A stretch of 47,257 bases of DNA, from contig JAJDAR010000298.1 of NCBI GenBank assembly GCA_029261775.1, positions 1-47,257 on the forward strand, written 5' to 3'. The DNA comes from Deltaproteobacteria bacterium. Its GTDB lineage: Bacteria > Myxococcota_A > UBA9160 > UBA6930. The notes beneath the pieces are model-generated. The model saw only the letters and a list, made by a program, of their open reading frames with translations, was not told the origin of the DNA and did no database searches. How positions within the stretch are numbered: the first letter of the stretch is position 1; every line of letters starts with the position of its first letter. Both the position numbers and the translations under genes were made by a program. This document shows, piece by piece, positions 40,990 to 47,257 of this stretch.

Positions 40990-43665
40990 ATGAGCCGACG
41001 ACCCATCCCTCACCGCCTCTTGTGTCTCGGTCTGATCACCCTGGCGGGAGGTACCCCCGGCGAGGCCGCGGAAACGGCCCGAAACGCGCTGTTCGCGGAG
41101 CGCATCACCCTGTCCAACGCGGCGACGCGGCGGGTCGAAGGCCCGGATGCCACCGCTGGCATCGACGATTGGGCCCTCGGCAACGGCGTGATCTGTGCAG
41201 CGGTCACCGACCCTGCCCACGAGTCCGACCTGAGCGATCGCGGCGCCGTCCTCGTCGATCTGGGCCATTGCGGACGCGCCGACGACCAGTGGACGACCCT
41301 CCAACCGATCCTCAACCTGTCCCAGTCCACGGTCGTGCCGGTCTCGGAGATCGAGCCCTCGGTCACGGACGACGAGGCACGGATCCGGACACGCGGTGTG
41401 CTCGACGGGGTCGAGGTCGAAACCCTCTACGCGGTGAGACGCGAACCCGAAACCGCGCTGCACATCACGACCCGCATCACCCGCCTCGAGGAGGGGGGCC
41501 GGTTCTTTTCCTACGGCGCCGTGGTGCTGCACCCCGATGCCGCCCTGCGACCCTTCCATGCGCGGCGGGCCGACCCCCGCGACTCGCGTGGCTTCCAGCA
41601 TCCGGGCGGCGACCCTTCCAGCATCCTGTCGATGCTGGGCGCGATCGTTCCAGCCGACCTGCTGGTCTGGCTCGGCTCCCGCGAGATGGGCCCGCCGATC
41701 GCCTACGGCCTGGAGCTGATCCTGGCCGAGCGCACGGATGCCGACGGACGGATCCGCCCGGTGCCGGGCTTCTCGATCACCGGCCCGAGCTACACGATGG
41801 CCGGCACCCTGGCCCGCCCGCCCTGGCTGGGGAGTTCGGAGGTTCTCGGCGCCCTCGGGCTCGCGCAGGTTCCTTTCATGGATCTGGGCATCGGGGACAG
41901 CCTGCACCTCGAGCGGCGGCTCTGGGTCGGTCGCAACGACGACGTCGCCTCCGTGACCGATGCCCTCTTCGCGGACGCTCCGGGTCTTCGAGCCCGGGTC
42001 GAGGATCCGGCCACGGCCGTCCACATCGACGACCCGCGAGGTCGCCCGATCAGCATGGTCCGGCCCGACCCGCAGGGCCGGATCGCGGCCAGGCTGCCGC
42101 CTGGCCGCTACCAGCTGCGAATCCACGCGCCCGGTGCGCCGGAGACCCGGGTCGAGGTCGACCACCCGTCGCCGAGCGGGGAGCTCGCCTTGCCCCGCAT
42201 TCCGACGGCTCGGGTCGTCCTGCCTCGGGGTCAACCGATGCGATTGGTCTTCCGGGGAGAGACCGGAACCCCCGATCCGATCTTCCGCAGCGACGGATTG
42301 GATCTGCGCATCGGCGGCGAGACCGGGCCGAGCAGCCTCGAGTCCGGGGACGTGGTCCTCGTCGGCGGGCCCGGCGACCCGACCGACGTGGCCCTGGCTC
42401 CCGGGCGCTACCGGGTCTACGCGGTGCGCGGCCCCGAACACTCGGTGACCGAAGCGGTGCTCGAGGTGCCGACCTCCGGTCGGGTGACGCTCGAGATCGC
42501 CGCGCCGGCGCGCCTCTTCGACCTGCCCGACTGGGTGAGCGCGGATCTCCACGTCCATACCGGGGCGAGCTTCGATTCGGCCCTACCCCCGACGTGGCAG
42601 ATCGGAGCCTTCCACGCCGCGGCCGTCGACCTGATCGTCGCGACCGAGCACGACCGGGTCGTCGATCCGCAACCTGCCATCGACGCGCTCGGACTGTCGG
42701 ACGCGCTGATCGGCGTGACGGGCGTCGAGATCACCTCGGAGTTCAAGGGTGGAGCTGCGCCGTTCTCCAATGGTCACTCGAATGCATTTCCGGTCCGGGC
42801 CCGGCCCCTCCGCAACCGCGGCGGGGCACCGCAGGCCGAGGGCCGGAGACTGCGAGACGTGTGGGCAGAGCTGCGGGCGGCGGGGACGCCGATCCTTCAG
42901 CTCAACCACCCGCGCTCGAGCCCCGATCCGGCGGACAACCAGTCCTACCTGAGCCACCTCGCCGTCGAGGGCCGGCCCTTCGACCCGGCGCTGCCGCTCA
43001 CGGCGCCGGTCCATCGCCACTTCGTCGAGGTCGGGCCCGATGGCCTGCGGGACCTCGACTTCGATGCGATGGAGCTGCTCAACGGCTCCAACCAGCCCGC
43101 CTACCTGCGAGGCCGCGCCGACTGGTTCTCCTTGCTGCTCCAGGGCGAGCGGCGCACCGGGACGGCCAACAGCGACTCCCACCGGCTCGGCGAGCCGGCG
43201 GGGCTCCCGCGCAACTACGTCCAGGTCCCCGCCCCCGGACAGGCCCGCCAGACGCGCACCCTTCTGGAACAGGTCCGGCGGGGCGCGCTGTTCGGAACGA
43301 CGGGCCCCCTGCTCCAGGTCCGCCTCGACGAGGCCCGCCTGGGAGATCTCCACGCGGGCGCGGACGCCACCCTTCACGTCGTCGTCCGCGCCGCACCCTG
43401 GGTGCCCGTCTCGGAGCTGCGGGTCTACGTGAATGGCACCCTTGCCGAGGCTCGCGCGATCGAGGCTCCGGCGAGCCTGCAGCTCCCGCTCCACTTCCCG
43501 GCCGACGGGTTCGTGACGGTGGAGGTCGAGGGAGAGGCGGATGACCGCTACGCCGCCGTCGCCCCGGGCTTCGCGCCCTTTGCCTTCACGAACCCCATCT
43601 TCGTCGACGCAGACGGGGACGGAACCTGGCGGGCGCCGGGCCTGCCCTCGGCGGCCCTGCCCTGA
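40990..43665 (+). CDS. Secreted CehA/McbA-type PHP metallohydrolase, multidomain
   Basis: Signal peptide, G..DDW.L.NG N-terminal domain, RGPE, ADLHVHT, ATEHD, GHSNAFP, LNHPR, NSDSH, PRNYV, FTNPIFVD. Confidence 0.85.
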   Translation: MSRRPIPHRLLCLGLITLAGGTPGEAAETARNALFAERITLSNAATRRVEGPDATAGIDDWALGNGVICAAVTDPAHESDLSDRGAVLVDLGHCGRADDQWTTLQPILNLSQSTVVPVSEIEPSVTDDEARIRTRGVLDGVEVETLYAVRREPETALHITTRITRLEEGGRFFSYGAVVLHPDAALRPFHARRADPRDSRGFQHPGGDPSSILSMLGAIVPADLLVWLGSREMGPPIAYGLELILAERTDADGRIRPVPGFSITGPSYTMAGTLARPPWLGSSEVLGALGLAQVPFMDLGIGDSLHLERRLWVGRNDDVASVTDALFADAPGLRARVEDPATAVHIDDPRGRPISMVRPDPQGRIAARLPPGRYQLRIHAPGAPETRVEVDHPSPSGELALPRIPTARVVLPRGQPMRLVFRGETGTPDPIFRSDGLDLRIGGETGPSSLESGDVVLVGGPGDPTDVALAPGRYRVYAVRGPEHSVTEAVLEVPTSGRVTLEIAAPARLFDLPDWVSADLHVHTGASFDSALPPTWQIGAFHAAAVDLIVATEHDRVVDPQPAIDALGLSDALIGVTGVEITSEFKGGAAPFSNGHSNAFPVRARPLRNRGGAPQAEGRRLRDVWAELRAAGTPILQLNHPRSSPDPADNQSYLSHLAVEGRPFDPALPLTAPVHRHFVEVGPDGLRDLDFDAMELLNGSNQPAYLRGRADWFSLLLQGERRTGTANSDSHRLGEPAGLPRNYVQVPAPGQARQTRTLLEQVRRGALFGTTGPLLQVRLDEARLGDLHAGADATLHVVVRAAPWVPVSELRVYVNGTLAEARAIEAPASLQLPLHFPADGFVTVEVEGEADDRYAAVAPGFAPFAFTNPIFVDADGDGTWRAPGLPSAALP

Positions 43666-43695
43666 AGCGGAGCGGGGTGGTAGGCTCCCCTTCCC

Positions 43696-44277
43696 ATGAA
43701 GAACGAAGGCAAAGACGAAGCCTCCCTGCTGAACCCCTTGCTGCGGCTCGCGGACCGGCTCTTCGAAGCCCGGACCCTGCTGATCCACGGCGAGGTCACC
43801 TCCTTGCTCGCCCAACAGGTCACGGCCCAGCTGCTCGCGCTCGAGGCCGAGAGTGACGACCCGATCACCGTCTTCATCCATAGCGAGGGTGGACACGTCG
43901 AGGCGGGCGACAGCATCCACGACCTGATCCGCTTCGTGAAGCCGCGGGTGCGCATGATCGGCACGGGCTGGGTCGCCAGCGCCGGGACGCACATCTATCT
44001 GTCGGTCCCCAAGGAGGATCGCCTCTGCCTGCCGAACACCCGCTTCATGATCCACCAGCCACTGGGTGGTGTGGGCGGACGGGCGAGCGACATCCGGATC
44101 GAGGCCGAAGAGATCGTGAAGGCGCGCGAGCGGTTGAACCAGACCATCGCCGACGCGACCGGACAACCGCTCGAGAAGGTCGCCCAGGACACCGACCGCA
44201 ACTACTGGATGTCGCCGGAAGAGGCCCACGCGTACGGCATCGTCGGGCGGATCGTCAGCACGTCCGACGAGCTCTGA
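43696..44277 (+). CDS. clpP: ATP-dependent Clp protease proteolytic subunit
   Basis: S.GG.V..G..I.D, VASAG (Ser), RFMIHQPLGG (His), DTDRNYWMS.EEA..YG. Confidence 0.95.
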   Translation: MKNEGKDEASLLNPLLRLADRLFEARTLLIHGEVTSLLAQQVTAQLLALEAESDDPITVFIHSEGGHVEAGDSIHDLIRFVKPRVRMIGTGWVASAGTHIYLSVPKEDRLCLPNTRFMIHQPLGGVGGRASDIRIEAEEIVKARERLNQTIADATGQPLEKVAQDTDRNYWMSPEEAHAYGIVGRIVSTSDEL

Positions 44278-44342
44278 GAGCTTCGGGACCTAGGGTTTCA
44301 CCCAATTCTTGGGGTCCGATGAGGGGGTAGGTTTCCCTTATC

Positions 44343-46928
44343 GTGGATCTGATTCACCCGATCTCGTTCGCGCTGATTCCCGACCTGGTCGCCCTCTCGC
44401 TGGTTTCTCTGGCCCTGGCCTACCTGCTGATCCAGGCCCCCGTGCCCGAGATCAGCGCCCCGTTGCGCTGCGGCGTGACCGGTGCGTTCCTGTTCCTGCT
44501 GGGGGTGACCCTCACCGAGGCCGTACCAGCTGCCGCGGGGCGTTGGCCGGCGCTCGCGCTCAGCTATGGCGGGCACATGCTCTCGGTGCCCGCCTGGCTG
44601 CTGGTCTCTGCGCGTCTCGCGACGATGAACGGCCTTCGACTGCCGGGCGTGCTCGCCCGTCTGGTGAACGGCGCGCCGTGGCTCTTCGTGGGCTTCTTCG
44701 CCGTCTTCGTGACCAGCCCGGTGCACGGCCTGTTCGTGACCCCGATCCCCGGCGAGAGGGAGCTTCATCACGCGCTGTGGGGCGTCTACGCGCTCGCTGC
44801 CTACGGCTCGATCGGCGCGGCGGTCGCGATCCAGGCGCTGCTCACGGTACGGGGAGAGACCCGTCAGGCCCGCCGGCAGGCCGCGGTGCTGCTGCTGGCG
44901 CTGTTCCTCCCGGCGGTCGCGAACCTGGCCTTCGCTGTGCTGCCCCTTCCGCCGGAGGCCGATCCCACGAGCCTCGGCTACGCGGCCGGGATGCTCGTGC
45001 TGGCCGCGGCCGGCGGGCAGCCCCTCCTGGCCATCACCCCCGTGGCCTTCTCCAACGTGCTGCAGCACGACGAGGACGGCGTCGTGCTCACGGACCGATC
45101 CGGCCGCACGCACTATGCGAACCCTGCCGCCCTCGCGCTCTTCGGCCGCTCGGCGCTGGCCGTGGGCAGCCCTGCGCTCGAGGCCCTGGCGCCCAGGCTT
45201 CGGAGCCCGGGCAGCGGGAGCACTCTCGAAGCGACGACCCTCGCAGAATGCCTCCTCGGCGGAGCCCCCTCCGAGCTCCAGGTCGAGCTGCCCGAATCGG
45301 AGCGCGTCCTCCGGATCCAGCACACCCCCGTTCCGAACCGCTTCGGGCGGACCGTGGCGAGGGCGCTGCGCTTTCGCGACGAAACCCAGCTGCACGAGGC
45401 CCGGCTGCGCCTCCGCGAGCAGGCCTCCACCCTCGAAGCAGTGCTGCGCTCGAGCCCCGACGGATTCATCATCGTCGGCGCCGATGACCGCGTCCGCTAC
45501 CTGAACGAGCCCGCCATCGACCTGGTGCAGCTCGATCCTTCGGCTCGAAGCGTCCTGGACGGCAGGCAGCTCAGGTCGCTGATGCGGGAGCGGGCCGAGA
45601 CCCCCCAGGTCGTGGACCGTGTGATCGAGCGCCTCCACCATCGGCCCGAAGATTCCCTGCGCTACGAGCTGCGCCTGAAGGACGGACGGATCCTCGAGAC
45701 GTCCACGGCGCCGCTGCTCGTCAATGGGGAGCTGGCGGGCCGGGTGTGGCAGACGCGGGATCGAACGGCGGAACGGCACAGAGACGAGGCGATGCGCAAC
45801 ACCCAGAAGCTCGAGAGCCTGGGCGTCATGGCCGGCGGAATCGCCCACGACTTCAACAACCTGCTGGTCGGCGTGCTGGGCAATGCCGAGCTCGCCCGCA
45901 TGGCACTGGACGAGCGCTCGCCAGCCTGCGAGCCGCTGGCTGCTGTGCAGCTGGCCGCGGAGCAGGCCAGCGACCTGACCCGCCAGCTGCTCGCCTACGC
46001 CGGCAAGGACGACGACGCGTCCTTCGCCCCGCTCGACCTGCGCACGCTCGTCACCGAGACCCGGGACCTGCTCGCCGTCTCGACACCGCGCGGGGTGGAG
46101 CTCCAGATCGAGCTGCCCTCCGACCCCGCGACGGTGACCGGAGACGTCGCCCAGCTGCGGCAGGTGTTGATGAACCTCGTCATGAACGCGGCAGAATCGC
46201 TGGAGAGCCGGGCCGGGCGGGTCCGCGTGTGCGTCGACCGGACGCGGATCGCGGGGCCCCCGCCCGCGGATCTCGAGGGCCAGGTCCTTGCGGACGGCGA
46301 CGATCTCGTCCGGCTGCAGGTGATCGACGAGGGCTGCGGCATGGACGAAGACACCCGGACCCGCCTCTTCGAGCCCTTCTTCACGACCAAGTTCGCCGGG
46401 CGGGGACTGGGCCTCGCCGCCACGCTCGGCATCGTGCGAGCCCACGGCGGTGCGTTGCGGGTCGAGAGCGTTCGCGGCGAGGGCACCCGCTTCGAGGTCC
46501 TGCTGCCCGCGCGCTCGCAGGTCCTCGAGGAGCCGGCAGCCCGTGCGCGAGCCGCGGCCTGGAGCGGCTCCGGCCGGATCCTGATCGTCGACGACGAGCC
46601 CCACGTGCGAAAGGTCGCACGCACGATGCTCCGCCAGCTGGGCTTCGAGGTCGAGGAGTGCAGCAACGGCCGCGAGGCCCTGAACGCCATCGGCAAGGAC
46701 CCGGGGCGCTATCAGGCCGTGCTGCTCGACCTGGCGATGCCCGTGCTCTCGGGCCTCGACGTGGCGCTCGAGCTGGCGGGCTCCCATCCCGAGCTTCCGG
46801 TCGTGCTCTGCAGCGGACACCCGCTGGGCGCGGAGGGCGGGCTTCCGCCGGTCGCTGCTTCGCTTCGCAAGCCGTTCAGCAAGCAGCAGCTCTCGGACGC
46901 CATGTGTAGTGCGCTGACCGCGGCCTAG
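44343..46928 (+). CDS. Hybrid sensor histidine kinase (7TM N-terminus, 2 PAS, HisKA, HATPase, REC)
   Basis: About 7 TM helices, two PAS-like segments, AGGIAHDFNNLL, QVLMNLV.NA, D.G.GM, FEPFFTTK, G.GLGL, REC VDDE...LLD..MP...SG...KPF. Confidence 0.93.
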   Translation: MDLIHPISFALIPDLVALSLVSLALAYLLIQAPVPEISAPLRCGVTGAFLFLLGVTLTEAVPAAAGRWPALALSYGGHMLSVPAWLLVSARLATMNGLRLPGVLARLVNGAPWLFVGFFAVFVTSPVHGLFVTPIPGERELHHALWGVYALAAYGSIGAAVAIQALLTVRGETRQARRQAAVLLLALFLPAVANLAFAVLPLPPEADPTSLGYAAGMLVLAAAGGQPLLAITPVAFSNVLQHDEDGVVLTDRSGRTHYANPAALALFGRSALAVGSPALEALAPRLRSPGSGSTLEATTLAECLLGGAPSELQVELPESERVLRIQHTPVPNRFGRTVARALRFRDETQLHEARLRLREQASTLEAVLRSSPDGFIIVGADDRVRYLNEPAIDLVQLDPSARSVLDGRQLRSLMRERAETPQVVDRVIERLHHRPEDSLRYELRLKDGRILETSTAPLLVNGELAGRVWQTRDRTAERHRDEAMRNTQKLESLGVMAGGIAHDFNNLLVGVLGNAELARMALDERSPACEPLAAVQLAAEQASDLTRQLLAYAGKDDDASFAPLDLRTLVTETRDLLAVSTPRGVELQIELPSDPATVTGDVAQLRQVLMNLVMNAAESLESRAGRVRVCVDRTRIAGPPPADLEGQVLADGDDLVRLQVIDEGCGMDEDTRTRLFEPFFTTKFAGRGLGLAATLGIVRAHGGALRVESVRGEGTRFEVLLPARSQVLEEPAARARAAAWSGSGRILIVDDEPHVRKVARTMLRQLGFEVEECSNGREALNAIGKDPGRYQAVLLDLAMPVLSGLDVALELAGSHPELPVVLCSGHPLGAEGGLPPVAASLRKPFSKQQLSDAMCSALTAA

Positions 46929-46959
46929 CCGGAGACCCGGGGCGCCGCGTGGGCGCCTT

Positions 46960-47256
46960 CTATCCGGAGAGCACGCCGAGCTCGCGGCCCACGCGGGAGA
47001 GGACCTCGAGGGCCCGCTCCAGGTGGTCGCGAGTGTGGGTCGCCATGTACGAGGTGCGGATCATCGCCCGACCGGGCGGAACGGCCGGGCTCACCACCGG
47101 ATTGGCGAACACGCCCTCCTGCTCCAGGCGTCCGACCATGGCGAAGCAGGTCTCGTCCCGACCCACCAGGATCGGGATCACCGGCGAGGCGGACTCTCCG
47201 GTGTCGAAGCCCAGCAGAGCGAGCTCGCGCTTCATGAAGCGCGTGTTCTCCCAGAG
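46960..47256 (-). CDS. C-terminal part of an alpha-oxoamine synthase (class II PLP; serine palmitoyltransferase/BioF/Kbl family), truncated at the window edge
   Basis: LWENTRF...L..LGFDTG.S.SP.IP, GVFANPVVSPAVP.G...IRTSYMATHT. Confidence 0.85.
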   Translation of the reverse strand, partial: LWENTRFMKRELALLGFDTGESASPVIPILVGRDETCFAMVGRLEQEGVFANPVVSPAVPPGRAMIRTSYMATHTRDHLERALEVLSRVGRELGVLSG

Positions 47257-47257
47257 C

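Noticed and set aside
1-47257. tRNA/rRNA, transposases, integrases, prophage or defence genes
   Set aside because: None recognised. Intergenic regions are short and nearly all ORFs are explained by metabolic or envelope families; a covariance-model search was not run.

Overview
This is a very GC-rich, gene-dense bacterial window with about 41 CDS. I saw no rRNA, tRNA, CRISPR array or transposase. Lineage is an inference only: possibly an uncultured Myxococcota/Deltaproteobacteria-like lipid or steroid degrader. The window is dominated by acyl-CoA/lipid catabolism: three family III CoA-transferases, four acyl-CoA dehydrogenase subunits of the alpha2beta2 type, a MaoC pair, three crotonases, a P450, two SDRs, two F420-type LLM enzymes, a PQQ dehydrogenase and a fused indolepyruvate:ferredoxin oxidoreductase. 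It also carries two PHP-type hydrolases, BON-LysM, a rhomboid fusion, ClpP, a hybrid kinase and a partial AOS/SPT-type enzyme. Five signals stand out. (1) A WS/DGAT gene is translationally coupled to a coiled-coil plus histone-H1-like tail protein and followed by an unknown protein, a candidate lipid-droplet/nucleoid tether module. (2) Two operons 21 kb apart share an ACGATAC-N5-GTATYGT palindrome inside sigma70-like promoters and appear to split one ACAD heterotetramer between them. (3) A perfect KstR-consensus palindrome lies upstream of the IOR gene. (4) A two-unit REP-like repeat family sits between convergent genes and supplies their stop codons. (5) Many genes look leaderless. All functional calls come from motif recognition by eye; no database searches were run.
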